A stretch of DNA of 64,000 nt from an uncultured Planctomycetaceae bacterium (GCA_963785305.1 CAWAUV010000005.1:32001-96000), one strand, 5' to 3'; shown: positions 32,301-43,425, counted from the stretch's first letter. Made by a program: numbers and translations. Notes: generated by a model from the sequence alone, not told the origin.

Positions 32301-33320
32301 ATGCCTGAAACCAACAACGCGGCGCATGTCCCCGGGGAGACCGGCGCCACTTGCCCGGCGTGGCGAACCGCCGGCCTACGGTATCACGCGTACAATTTTT
32401 TCCTCCGCGAAAAGTTCGGCGAGCGAATCCAGAAGGTCAGCGTCGACGCCGGATTTACGTGCCCCAATGTCGACGGGACCGTGGCCGTGGGCGGCTGCGT
32501 GTTTTGCGACAATCGCAGTTTCAGCCCCAGCCGCCGCACCCGCCGTCTGGCGATCGCATCGCAGATCGACGAGGGCATTCGCCGCCTCAAAACGCGCTAC
32601 GACGCCGATCGCTTCATCGCCTACTTTCAGCCGGCCACGAATACTTACGCGCCGGTTGAAAAGCTGCGACCACTCTACGAATCGGCGCTCGAGCATCCCA
32701 AGATCGTCGGCTTGGCGATCGGAACCCGCCCGGATTGCTTGCCCGACGAGGTGCTCGCGCTTTTGGAAACACTTGCTGGCCAGACCTACTTGAGCGTGGA
32801 GTTCGGCATGCAGACGATGCACGACCGCTCGCTCGACTGGATGAATCGCGGCCACCATCACGACGCCACTCGCGACGCCATGGCCCGCGGCCAAGGTCGC
32901 GGCTTCGAGCGCTGCGCGCATGTGATGCTCGGCCTGCCCGGCGAAAGCCATGCCGACATGCTTGCCACGGCCCAAGAGGTGGCCCGGCTCGATTTCGACG
33001 CCGTGAAGATTCACAACCTCTACGCCGTGCGAAATACTCCGCTGGCCGAGCAAGTGGCCCGCGGCGAGGTTTCGCTGATGGAGCGTGATGAATATATTGC
33101 GGTGCTCGTCGACTTCTTGGAGCAATTGCCCGCTCGCTGCGTGGTCGAACGCGTGACGGGCGACGCCCCGCCGGATTACTTCATCGGACCAAGCTGGTGC
33201 CTCGATAAGCCCGCGGCGCGGCGGGCGATTCTCGCGGAGCTCGATCGCCGCAATACTTGGCAAGGCCGGTTGCACGCGCAAGACACGACCTACGTGGCGC
33301 CGCCCATGGTCGCTCGGTGA
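32301..33320 (+). CDS. TIGR01212 (YhcC-like) radical SAM protein
   Basis: KVSVDAGFTCPNVDGTVAVGGCVFCDN, YFQPATNTYAP, IGTRPDC, AHVMLGLPGE, VKIHNL; start could be 32292. Confidence 0.9.
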   Translation: MPETNNAAHVPGETGATCPAWRTAGLRYHAYNFFLREKFGERIQKVSVDAGFTCPNVDGTVAVGGCVFCDNRSFSPSRRTRRLAIASQIDEGIRRLKTRYDADRFIAYFQPATNTYAPVEKLRPLYESALEHPKIVGLAIGTRPDCLPDEVLALLETLAGQTYLSVEFGMQTMHDRSLDWMNRGHHHDATRDAMARGQGRGFERCAHVMLGLPGESHADMLATAQEVARLDFDAVKIHNLYAVRNTPLAEQVARGEVSLMERDEYIAVLVDFLEQLPARCVVERVTGDAPPDYFIGPSWCLDKPAARRAILAELDRRNTWQGRLHAQDTTYVAPPMVAR

Positions 33321-33357
33321 TCGGGCATCCCAATTCTTCAATCAGGAAAGGTCCACA

Positions 33358-34287
33358 TTGGCCAAGCCAGACTCCGAGCCCGCGGCGTTTGTCAACGGAG
33401 AGTTCGTTTCCGAGTCGCTGGCGACCGTGCCGGTCCACGACGCGGGCTTTGTCCAGGGAGTGACGGTCGCCGAGCAGTTGCGCACCTTCGGCGGCCAACT
33501 GTTTCGGCTCGACGATCACCTGGCGCGGCTCGAGCGCTCGCTGGCTATTGTCGGCGTCGAGCCGGGGCTTTCGCTCGAAGCGATTCGCTCCGCGGCGATC
33601 GAACTCGCGCGGCGAAATCACGCGCTGCTCGCGCCCGACGATGATTTGAATTTGGTAATGTTCGTGACCCCCGGCGCCTATCCGGCCATGGCCCCGGCGG
33701 GCAAATACGGTCCGAACCTCGTTTTGCACACCTATCCGCTTCCGTTTCTCGCCTGGGCCGAGAAGTACACAACCGGCGAAAGCCTCGTGACGACCGATGT
33801 ATTGCAAACGCCCGAGCGCTGCTGGCCCGCGGAATTGAAATGCAGAAGCCGCATGCATTACTATCTCGCCGATAAGGCGGCGAGAGCGATAGAACCGGGC
33901 GCGCGGGCCGTGATGCTCGACTCCGAAGGCCATGTCACCGAAGCCACGACGGCGAATCTCGTGGTTTACGATCGCAGCCGCGGCGTGAGCACGCCGCCGC
34001 GCCAAAAGATATTGCCCGGCATCAGCCTCGCGACGCTCGAAACGCTTGCTAGAGAGCTCGCGCTGCCGTGGAGCGAACAGGATCTCGTGCCCGATGACCT
34101 AGCCGGGGCCGACGAAGTGTGGCTGTCGAGCACATCGCCCTGCCTACTTCCGGTCACACGGTTCAACGGAGTGTCGATCGGAGGGGGGCGCCCCGGTCCA
34201 GTTTTCGAAAAATTAATTTCGGCCTGGAGCCGGCTCGCGGGTCTCGACATCGTGGGCCAAGCCGAGCGGTGGGCGGAGGGCCGTTAG
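33358..34287 (+). CDS. Aminotransferase class IV (branched-chain aminotransferase / PabC-like)
   Basis: AFVNGEFV, VHDAGFVQG, LFRLDDHLARL, ELKCRSR, EATTANL, ILPGIS, ADEVWLSST. Confidence 0.88.
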   Translation: MAKPDSEPAAFVNGEFVSESLATVPVHDAGFVQGVTVAEQLRTFGGQLFRLDDHLARLERSLAIVGVEPGLSLEAIRSAAIELARRNHALLAPDDDLNLVMFVTPGAYPAMAPAGKYGPNLVLHTYPLPFLAWAEKYTTGESLVTTDVLQTPERCWPAELKCRSRMHYYLADKAARAIEPGARAVMLDSEGHVTEATTANLVVYDRSRGVSTPPRQKILPGISLATLETLARELALPWSEQDLVPDDLAGADEVWLSSTSPCLLPVTRFNGVSIGGGRPGPVFEKLISAWSRLAGLDIVGQAERWAEGR

Positions 34288-34714
34288 CGATTCCCACCCA
34301 ACGAGTTAAGCGCATCACTTCGCCCGAGGGAGCGGAATGCCTTTAAAGCGCACTCATTATCTGGCGATTTAGCAAATGCCGCGCACTTTGGGCGCCGAAG
34401 CGGGCGCCCGCGAGTCGATGCAATGTAGAATGGAGGACTTCTCCATGAAGCGCACGACGTTCCAGACTTACAATCGGAGGAAGGGGGCCCCCGCCGCTTG
34501 GGCGCGGACCGATCAAGTGCTCGGGCCGTTTTCGATCGGATCTCAAATGTTCATGCCCCGCTTGCATCGGGCGAGATTTCCGTACATGATTTGGCGCCGC
34601 GCGAGCCACGTGGCGAACCGCACATCGATCGACGACGCATGCCGACCCCTTGGGCGGGGCGACATGATGGGCGGCGTTTAGGCGGAATCGTTAGTTGTAG
34701 AGGAGGGAAAGTTG

Positions 34715-35347
34715 ATGAGCGTGAAAGTGCTGATTGCGGATGATCACGAAGTCGTGCGCACGGGATTGGTGAGCCTGCTCAATGGGTCGGAAGTGAAGAT
34801 CGTTGCCGAAGCGTCGGGCGGCGCCGAGGCGGTGAAGCTCGCCGCCAAGCACAATCCCGACGTGGTGCTGCTCGATATCCGAATGCCCGATGTCGATGGC
34901 TTCGAGGCTCTCGAGAAAATAATCGCCGCCGACGCCAGTTCGAAAGTGGTGATGCTCTCGACCTATGACAATCCGACTTACGTGGCCCGCGCCGTGGCGC
35001 TGGGCGCGAGTGATTTCATGCTCAAGGGCGCGACCCGTCAGGACCTGATCACCGCCATCACGGCCGCGGCCGCGGGTAAAGGCCCTTCGTGCGCCGGCGA
35101 ACTGCAAAAGGTGGCGACCGCCATGAGCAAGTCGGTGCAGACGCCCGATGGCGAGGTGCCGCTCACGAACCGCGAGACACAAGTATTGCGTCATGTGGCG
35201 CTCGGGCTGAGCAATAAGGAAATCGGCCGGGCGCTCACGATCAGCATCGAGACCGTGAAAGAACATGTGCAAAATATCTTGCGAAAGATTTCGGTGACGG
35301 ATCGCACCCAAGCGGCGGTGTGGGCGGTGCGCAGGGGACTTGTTTAA
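34715..35347 (+). CDS. NarL/LuxR-family response regulator
   Basis: GGAGG RBS; VLIADDHEVVR, DVVLLDIRMP, LTNRETQVL, GLSNKEIG, TVKEHVQNILRKI, DRTQAAVWA. Confidence 0.92.
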   Translation: MSVKVLIADDHEVVRTGLVSLLNGSEVKIVAEASGGAEAVKLAAKHNPDVVLLDIRMPDVDGFEALEKIIAADASSKVVMLSTYDNPTYVARAVALGASDFMLKGATRQDLITAITAAAAGKGPSCAGELQKVATAMSKSVQTPDGEVPLTNRETQVLRHVALGLSNKEIGRALTISIETVKEHVQNILRKISVTDRTQAAVWAVRRGLV

Positions 35348-35483
35348 CCGCGTCCATAAGGCCGCCTTGCTCCTTCCCGCGATGTATTGCGGCATCGTGG
35401 GCCGGATCGGGCTTGGACTCGGCGATTATTTACCACCCGGAGGGCGCGGCGCCCAGCGCTGCCACCAGGAGCCTATCCGACGA

Positions 35484-35519
35484 CTCCCCCTCTCCCTTTG
35501 GGAGAGGGTTGGGTGAGGG
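35484..35519. repeat. REP-like palindromic element between convergent genes
   Basis: CCCTCTCCC-TTT-GGGAGAGGG followed by TTGGGTGAGGG, the widespread 'ccctcacccc...ccctctccc...gggagaggg' short palindrome. Confidence 0.6.
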
Positions 35520-35576
35520 CTCGCCGAATTTCTCGGATAGGCTATAAAAGTGTTCGCCCTCTCGACGCGCCGCGAT

Positions 35577-35687
35577 CTACATGCGACTAATTCGAATGTA
35601 GCGCGCGATATCGGGTCCCAGGGTGAACCCGAGAAATAACACGACCAAACCCGCCACGACGATCCCGCCGATGCTCCAGCCGCTCAT
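35577..35687 (-). CDS. 36-aa small membrane protein, DUF6893-like (hydrogenase-cluster associated)
   Basis: Below ORF-track cutoff. AAGGAG RBS 7 nt before ATG; MSGWSIGGIVVAGLVVLFLGFTLGPDIARYIRISRM is one TM helix plus a PDIxRYxRIxxM tail. Confidence 0.75.
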   Translation of the reverse strand: MSGWSIGGIVVAGLVVLFLGFTLGPDIARYIRISRM

Positions 35688-35779
35688 GGCTTGGCTCCTT
35701 TTATCGAAACGTCGCAAAAAACGTTCGTTTTGATTCCACGCCAGTATTCTCGCATTCCAAAACCCCCGACGCCACGTTT

Positions 35780-37314
35780 GTAACTGTTAAGCCGTGGCGT
35801 GGCCTGGGCGCGGGGGGGCGGTGGCGATATTGGCGGGGATCGCGGGCGAGGGGTTTCCGGGGATGGGTCGCGTGGCGGATGTTTTAACTGCTATTGGTGA
35901 TCGGCAGCGGCAGGGTCTTGCCTTGCAATTTAGCGCGCACGACTTCGATTCCATACCTTGCGAAGCTCAAACCGTTTTTCGCGCCGGTCGCGATCACGCT
36001 CTTGATTCGGGCGAACGCCGCCGCGCTCCATTCGGTCCGATGCGTGCCGCCATCATTCCTCGCCGCCGCCAGGCTTCGGATGTCGCGTTCGGTTCCGTTG
36101 TTGTCGGCCGGAACATTCGCATCGTCGAGGAAGGTGAACAATTCGTCCGAGTGCTTGAACAGCCGCCGCCAGATTCGCAAACATTCGCGATGCCGCACGC
36201 GCGTCTCGAGCATCAACGTGTCGAAACGGTTTTGAATCTCGTGTCGGGCCGCGTTGAAAGCTTTTTTGCCGAGCGACTTGCGTCGTGGCCCAACCGGATC
36301 GCGTCTTGAAACAGCGTGATCAACGGCTGGATGAAGGCCCGCACGCTCGCCGCCGGCAACGTCTCGCGCAGCTTGTGCAACTCGCGAAGCAAATGGACCA
36401 AGCAGCGCTGTTTGCGGCAGTCGAGCCCGTTGTAGACCGCATAAAAATCGCTGACCAGCGTGCCCGCGAACGATGTGCCCAACGCTCGCTCGAGCACGGC
36501 CCGATTGCGATGACGATCGATCAGGAACAATGCCAAGCGCGGGTCTCGAAAACACCAGGCCCACGCGGGCAGTCCGTCGATCCGCCAACCGGTCTCATCG
36601 CCTTGCACGACCGGCGAATTGCGCAAGAGTTCCCAGAGTTTGTCGACCACCGGCTCGAACAAAGCGCCGCCCCAACGCAAATGGCCGAGCAATCCGGCCC
36701 GGCTGGCCGAAAGACCAAAGAAGTCTTTCAGCAAGTGTTGCGTTTTGCCGAGCGAGATGCCCAGGTGAACCCGCGCGTAGCAGACCAACAAGCGCGCGCG
36801 TGGCCCGATGTGGGCGCCGGGCAGTTCCAAGTCGCCGCGTCCTTGGCAGGTGGCTTGGCAATGTTCGCAACGGTAGGTATGACGGCGATACCGATGCCAT
36901 TCGAGCTTGGGCTCTGGAATCTCCGCCATCTCATGGTCTTCGAACTCGCCGTGGCGGTCAGATCGTGGCCGCCGCAATGCGGACACTCTCGCGGATGCAC
37001 ATCGTGTTCGATGAATACCGTGCCGGGCGGCGGCTCTGGACGAAAGCTGCCCGGATGTTTGCGAAACTGCTTGCGGCGGCGATCCTGTTCGCCACGCCGC
37101 GCATCGGCGGCCGAGCGGGTTTTCTTGCGCCGCTGAAGAAACTTTTGGACTTGCTGTTCGAGTTGCTCGACGCGCTTGCGCAGCGTGATATTCTCCGCCA
37201 GCAACCGGGCGATTTCCGCTTCCAACTCGGCGATCCGTCGATCTCGATCATCCATGATCCAATCAATGTGACCGAAAACCCAATTTCGGGAAAGAGGAAA
37301 TGCTTAACAGTTAC
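35780..37314. mobile_element. IS66-family insertion sequence (single-ORF, ISBst12-like group), 1535 bp
   Basis: 13-bp terminal inverted repeats GTAACTGTTAAGC (35780-35792) / GCTTAACAGTTAC (37302-37314); 8-bp target duplication CCACGTTT at 35772-35779 and 37315-37322. Confidence 0.93.
35884..37255 (-). CDS. IS66 transposase (TnpC-like; two frameshifts)
   Basis: N-terminal coiled coil, CPHCG/CEHC Zn motif, QGDETGW, LVSDFYAVY, QRCLVHLLRE, VPADNNGTERDIR across ORFs 36728, 36213 and 35884. Confidence 0.9.
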
Positions 37315-37493
37315 CCACGTTTTGCAAAACCCGAGCCGAATGCTCCCGCCTCTTCGCGAGCACGTTAAAAACCACCACCAAAGGTGATTTCGAGCCTCTG
37401 CCGCGGATCGTCGAGCCGACCTCTCTTGCTCCGTCGTCGTTCACGTTGGCTCTTTCAAACGCATTTCGCACTTCTCGACATGTGTAAGCGCAA

Positions 37494-39898
37494 TCATGTC
37501 GTGTCGGTCGCGCGGAGGCTGGCGGCCGCCAGGGCGGCCTGACCCAAGGCGATGCCGCCATCGCCCAAGGGGACACTCTGGTTCGCAATAATGGAAATCT
37601 CTCGATCGTCGGCGAAGTACTCCATAAACGCCCTCCACAGCAACTCGTTTTGCCACACGCCGCCCGAGACCGCCACCACTCGGGTCCCATGGCTTCGACA
37701 AAGATCCCGCGCGCGATTCGCCGCGCCGCGGGCAAGTGTTTGATGAAACGCCGCGGCGATTTCGCCGACGTCGCGCCCGGCGATCCGATCGCGAACCACG
37801 GCCGCCACGAGCCGTCGCGGGTCGAGCTCCGAGAAGGGATACGAAGACTGTGGTCCGATGCCGCGGGCTCGCTGCTCGAGCCAGATCGCGGCTTGCCCTT
37901 CGAAACTGATCGGCCGCGTGAACCCCAACAGCGCCGCCACGGCATCGAATAGCCGGCCGACGGAGCTTGTGGGGAAACATCGCACTCGTTTGCGGGCGAT
38001 CGCCAGCGCGTTGGCGAAGCGCCGCGGCAGGCCAAATGGCGGACCGGCGATCGCTTCGGCCAATGGTAAATCGCTCGGCCACGATTCGGCGCACGCGGCC
38101 GCATCGGCCACGAAGCCGGCGGCGGCTTGAGCCGGAAAGCGAGCCGCGGCGTCGCCGCCGGGCATCGGAGTCGGCCGCAGCCATGCGACGCGTTCCAGGC
38201 CGCGGCTCACGCTGCCGACGAAGAACTCGCCGCCCCAGATCGCGCCATCGCGGCCATAGCCCGCGCCATCGAATACCACCCCCACCACTCGCTCATCAAG
38301 CAGGCCATGCTCCGCCATCACACTCGCCACATGCGCTTCATGGTGCTGCACCGCCACAAGCCGCGCCGCCGCGAGTCCCCGGGCATGGCGACTCGAGCGA
38401 TACTGCGGGTGCATGTCATGAGCCACGACCAAATCCTGGGGCCGCAGTTCGGCCATTGCCAGCAAATCCGCCACCGAGCGTTCGAAGGCCGCGAAGGCGC
38501 CGGCATCATCCAAATCGCCCAAGTGGGGACCGACCAGCGCCTCGCCATCGATCACCAGCGCCACGGCGCTTTTCAAATCGGCGCCGAGCGCGAGGACGGG
38601 TCGATCCGACTCCAGCCGGCAAACGGCCGCCGGCGCATAGCCCCGGGCGCGGCGAACCAGGGTCATTTGCCCGTCGCGCACCATGACGACCGAATCTTCA
38701 ACTCGCCGCGCGATGGGTCGCTGGCCACGAAGCAGGGCGTCGGCGATGCCCGAAAGCCGCTCCCGCGCGTCGAGATCGTCGAAAGCGATCGGTTCGCTGG
38801 AGCGATTGCCACTGGTCATCACCAGCACGGATGGAGCGCCGGCCGCGAAGAGCAAATAGTGCAGCGGCGCGTAGGGTAGCATCACGCCAAGGTCGTCGGT
38901 CTCGGGCGAGATCGCGTCGAACACGATCTCGCGGCCCGCGGTTGCGCGGGAGGGAGCAAGCACGATCGGCTTGGCCCGATCGACCAGCAAGCGCTCGTGC
39001 TCGGCCGTGAGCGCCGCGATCCTTCGCGCCGCCGCGAGATCGCGGGCCATGAGCGCAAACGGCTTTTCCTTGCGAAATTTGCGCTCTCGCAGCGCGATGA
39101 TCGCGGCGCGATTGGCGGCGTCGCAAGCCAAGTGATAACCACCAACGCCTTTGATCGCCAAGATGGCGCCCCGCGCAAAAGCTCGGCGGCGCGAGCGATC
39201 GCGCGGCTGCTCGCGAGACTGGCCCGTTCGATCCGCCCGACGGCGGTTTCATCACCCCCGCTCTTCCAGGGCCGGTTCTGGAAATCGACCAGTTCATATC
39301 CCGGGCCGCAAGCCGCGCAGGCCGTGGGTTGGGCATGAAACCGGCGGTCGAGTGGATTTTCGTATTCCGCGCGACAGGCGTCGCACAGCGGCCACGATGC
39401 AAGCGTCGTGTTCGCCCGATCATAAGGCAAGCGGCACACGATCGAATAGCGCGGGCCGCAATGCGTGCAATTCGAATAGGGGTAGCCTTGCCGCCGATCC
39501 TTGGGATCGAACAGTTCCCGCAAGCAGTCCTCGCACACGGCCAGATCGGGCGACACGCGAGCCGTGGGCTGGCCACGATCGTCGCTCGCCCGAATCGTGA
39601 AGTCGACGAACCCCTCGAGCGGCGCGGCGTCGCAGGCAAGCGAGGCAATGTGCGCGGCGGGCGGCGGGCTTTGCTTCAAGATTTCGATAAAGGCCGCGAC
39701 CGCGTGGGGTGACCCTTCGGCATGAATCTCGACACCGCGGCGGTCGTTGATGACCCATCCCACGATCCGATGCTCGCATGCCGCGCGATGGACAAAAGGC
39801 CGAAAGCCCACGCCCTGGACCACGCCGCGAATCGAAACTCGCCGGGCGATGGGCGCATCGCGGGCGAAGGAATCGTCGACCGATGCCGATACTCGCAT
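37494..39898 (-). CDS. hypF: Carbamoyltransferase HypF (frameshift near 39170)
   Basis: GVVQGVGFRPFV acylphosphatase, CEDC/CTHCGPRY/CDAC/RRFHAQPTACAACGP, AIKGVGGYHLACDA, QHHEAH, SSVGRLFDA, GDGGIALGQ. Confidence 0.93.
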
Positions 39899-39915
39899 CC
39901 GCGCCCCTTTCGCCC

Positions 39916-41110
39916 TCAAGGCCCACGTCGCGCCAAATCGATCGCCCGCCGCAGCACATGGTAAATCGAGGCCTGCACTTCTTGAATCCGCGGAATGTAA
40001 TCGCAATGCACGACGAGCGCATGGTCGACGAGCTTTTCGCGAACAAAGTCTCCACCCTCGTAGCCGGCCAGCCCCACGGTAAGCAGGCCGCGCTGTGCGC
40101 TTCCACCAGCGCGGCGGCGATATTGCGCGAGGCGCCGCTGGTCGAGATCGCCACCACCACGTCGCCCGGCCGGCTGTTGGCGATCAATTGCCGCGAGAAC
40201 ATCAGCTCGACGCCCACATCGTTGCCGATGGCGCTCAACACGGCCGGCTCCGCCGAAAATGAAATCGCGGGAATCGGCCGCGAACCCTCGGAACTGGCAA
40301 CGCAATCGAGCACGAAATCGTTGGCGTCGGTCGCCGAGCCGCCATTGCCAAATACCAACAGCGCGCCGCCCGCGTCGACGCGCCGGGCCATGGCGATCGC
40401 GGCGTCGGCGAACGGGCCGGATTGCTCGGCGGCGAATCGCGAGCGAAGACGTTCATCATCGCGCGCTTTCTGGCAAATCGATCGAGCCACGTCGACCCGT
40501 GCGCAGAGTCCGCGGCTTCGGTCTTCGCGCCGAGAAAAGGATAAAGAAAGCTCGCGGCGCCAAGGTCCTCGCCACAGGGACGGCAGGCGCCTTCAAGTTC
40601 GAGAAATACATGCACGCTTTCCCAGAGCGTGTGATACATCACTTCGACGAGCTCTTGATGCACCCACGCATCGTCGCTGGGCGCCGGAAGCGGCGCGTCG
40701 CCCAAATGGCTCGACCATAAACAGGTGAACGCGCCTCGCCGGGCCAAGCGGGCAAAAAGTTCGGCAAAGCGAGCGTCGCCCTCGGGTGGGGCAAAGCCCA
40801 TTACGATATCTTCTGGACGGGCGAGCGATTCGAGCATTCGCTCCGGATCGGCCGATACGTCGAGCGCCGGCAGCGCTCGCTTGCCCACGATCACCGGATG
40901 CACGAACTCGACCGAAACATGCTGAGCATCGGTCGCATGGCGCCCGCGGCCCGCGGCGAGCAAGCGTCCGCCGCGACGAAATCGCTCGGCCATCTGCTGG
41001 CATGCCGCGGCCAAGGTCTCGCAATTGCGCGGGAAATAGTCGGCCGAAATCGAGTTCCGCAGCGCGAACTGCTCTGCGAGAAGTCGGATGATTTGGTCGC
41101 GAGCGGTCAT
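39916..41110 (-). CDS. Tandem SIS (GmhA/phosphoheptose isomerase-like) protein of group 1h hydrogenase clusters (two frameshifts)
   Basis: Domain 1: TDAQHVSVEFVHPVIVGKRALPAL. Linker: FLYPFL. Domain 2: FGNGGSATDAND, AIGNDVG, ISTSGAS, IPRIQEVQASIYH. Confidence 0.8.
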
Positions 41111-41127
41111 GGCACACGCCGCTTTCG

Positions 41128-42186
41128 TCAGCAAATACGGGGCAGCGGATCGCCGAGCAGCACATCCACGACGCGCATCCCGCCATAGGAGGCCCTGGCT
41201 ACCACGCGCGGCCCCGCGCCGCCGACGATTTCGCCCAAGCAACAAGCCCGCTCACCGCCCGCGACACTCCGCAGCGCCTCGAGCGCCCGCTCGGCCGCCG
41301 AGGCCGACACCACGGCGACAAACTGGCCTTCGTTGGCTACCTGCAGCGGATCGAGGCCCAGCAGTTCGCAGGCGCCACGCACATCGTCGTCGACCGGCAC
41401 GGCTTCTTCCTCGATCATGAGCCGCTGGCCCGAGTCGCTGGCCAGTTCGTTGAGCACCGTGGCGACGCCGCCGCGCGTGGCGTCGCGCATCCATTTCAGT
41501 TCAGTTCCGCAGGCGGCGAGCAGCGCTTCGGTGAGCGGCAGAATCGAGCGCGTGTCGGAGCGAATGTCCGACTCGATCTCGAGCTCGGCCCGCGCGAGCA
41601 TGATCGCCATGCCGTGATTCCCAATCGGCCCGGAAACCAACACCCGATCTCCGGGCACGACTCGCCCCGGCCGCAGATCGGCCTGGCTTGCCACGGAGCC
41701 GATGCCGGTGGTCGAGATATACATTCCGTCGGCCTTGCCGTGTTCGACCACTTTCGTGTCGCCCGTCGCCACGACCACCCCGCATCGCCGAGCCGCGGCA
41801 GCCAGGAGCGTGACCTCGCGGCGCAGCACTTCGGTGCGCAACCCGGCTTCCAAGATAAAGGCCACGGCAATCGCCAGCGGCTTGGCTCCCGAGACCGCGA
41901 GATCGTTTACCGTGCCATGAATCGCTAGCTCGCCGATCGAGCCGCCGGGAAACTGCAACGGCCGCACCACGAAGCTATCGACCGTCATCGCCAACCGGCC
42001 CGGCGGCGCGGTCAGCACCGCGGCGTCGGCCAGCGGATCGAGCGCCGGGTTGGCCAACAGCGGCAAGAAGAGCCCTTCGACCAGGCGGCGCGTCGCCTCG
42101 CCGCCGGCGCCGTGGGCCATGTCGATTTGCTTGTCGTAAAATGGCGTCGCTTCGCGGTGGAGTTGCATGGCCGTAGGTGAAGTCAC
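41128..42186 (-). CDS. hypE: Hydrogenase maturation protein HypE
   Basis: MAHGAGG, DSFVVRPLQFPGGSIGELA, GDTKVV, MRDATRGG, ANEG, C-terminal LPRIC. Confidence 0.95.
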   Translation of the reverse strand: MTSPTAMQLHREATPFYDKQIDMAHGAGGEATRRLVEGLFLPLLANPALDPLADAAVLTAPPGRLAMTVDSFVVRPLQFPGGSIGELAIHGTVNDLAVSGAKPLAIAVAFILEAGLRTEVLRREVTLLAAAARRCGVVVATGDTKVVEHGKADGMYISTTGIGSVASQADLRPGRVVPGDRVLVSGPIGNHGMAIMLARAELEIESDIRSDTRSILPLTEALLAACGTELKWMRDATRGGVATVLNELASDSGQRLMIEEEAVPVDDDVRGACELLGLDPLQVANEGQFVAVVSASAAERALEALRSVAGGERACCLGEIVGGAGPRVVARASYGGMRVVDVLLGDPLPRIC

Positions 42187-42202
42187 AGGATGGAAGGCTC
42201 TT

Positions 42203-43351
42203 CTAGGGTGTCGTTTCGGCTGTCAGCAGCGTGGGCGGGCCGTGCGGCCGGGAGAGTGGCGTCGCGCCGTATTTGAAATGCGCGGCGCACGCCCCTTCGG
42301 ACGACACCATCAGCGCCCCGATCGGGTTGGACGGCGTGCATTCCTTGCCAAACAGTTTGCATTGATGTGGCTTGAGCACGCCCTTGAGCACTTCGCCGCA
42401 CTGGGCCGCCTTGGGATCGGCCACCGCCACGCCCCGGATCGGCATCGTTTGTTCCGCGTCCCAGGCGGCGAGCGCCGGTCGCACTCGCAGCGCCGATTGC
42501 GAAATGAATCCCAGCCCGCGCCACTCGAAATGCGGGCGGACTTCGAACACTTCGGCCAGCGCCTTGAGCGCCGCGCGATTGCCATCCCAGGGAACGACGC
42601 GGGCATATTGATTCTCGACCCGCGCTTGGCCCGCGCGAAGCTGCCGCAAGATCATCACCAGCGACTGCAGGATATCGGCCGGCTCGAACCCCGACACCAC
42701 GATCGGGCAGCCATAGTCGCGGGCAATGAACTCATAGGGACGGCAACCGATGACCGTCGACACATGGCCCGGCCCCACGAAGCCATCGAGCCGCATGTCG
42801 GGCGAATCGAGAATCGCGCGAATCGCCGGCAGAATCGTGACATGGTTCGAGAAGACCTTGAAGTTCATGACGCCCTCGGCCCGCGCTTGCAGCAACGTGA
42901 TCGCGGTGCTCGGCGCGGTGGTCTCGAAGCCGATGGCGAAGAACACGACCTCACGCTCCGGGTTTTGCTTGGCGATGCGCAGCGCGTCGAGCGGCGAATA
43001 CACGATGCGCACATCGGCCCCGCGGGCCTTGCTCTCGAGCGGGCTGCCTTGCGAGCCGGGCACGCGCATCATGTCGCCAAACGCGGTGAAGATCACTGTC
43101 GGGTCGTTGGCCAGCGCGAGCCCATCGTCGATGCGGCCCATCGGCAGCACGCACACTGGGCAACCGGGTCCGTGGATCAACTCCACATTGGGCGGCAGAA
43201 GTTCCTTGAGTCCAAACCGAAAGATGGCATGCGTGTGCCCGCCGCAGACTTCCATGATTCGATAATGCCGCTGGGGATCGGCCAGGGAGCGAATCTCATC
43301 GAGCGCGGTGCGCAGCAAGCGAGGATCGCGAAATTCATCGACATATCGCAT
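42203..43351 (-). CDS. hypD: Hydrogenase formation protein HypD
   Basis: MRYVDEFRD, MEVCGGHTH, HGPGCPVC, GFETTAP, GPGHVS, CGEVLKG...CKLFGKECTP, MVSSEGACAA. Confidence 0.95.
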   Translation of the reverse strand: MRYVDEFRDPRLLRTALDEIRSLADPQRHYRIMEVCGGHTHAIFRFGLKELLPPNVELIHGPGCPVCVLPMGRIDDGLALANDPTVIFTAFGDMMRVPGSQGSPLESKARGADVRIVYSPLDALRIAKQNPEREVVFFAIGFETTAPSTAITLLQARAEGVMNFKVFSNHVTILPAIRAILDSPDMRLDGFVGPGHVSTVIGCRPYEFIARDYGCPIVVSGFEPADILQSLVMILRQLRAGQARVENQYARVVPWDGNRAALKALAEVFEVRPHFEWRGLGFISQSALRVRPALAAWDAEQTMPIRGVAVADPKAAQCGEVLKGVLKPHQCKLFGKECTPSNPIGALMVSSEGACAAHFKYGATPLSRPHGPPTLLTAETTP

Positions 43352-43425
43352 GGCGATCGGCCTCGGTAGGTTCGAGTACAATGTCCCTGTTCGAGGAGTC
43401 ACTAAACTACGAGTCGCCGGAAACA

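Noticed and set aside
35700..37445. A ~66-codon ORF reconstructed across the IS66 insertion site (GTG AAC GAC GAC...)
   Set aside because: No recognisable motif, atypical codon usage and weak RBS; probably intergenic.
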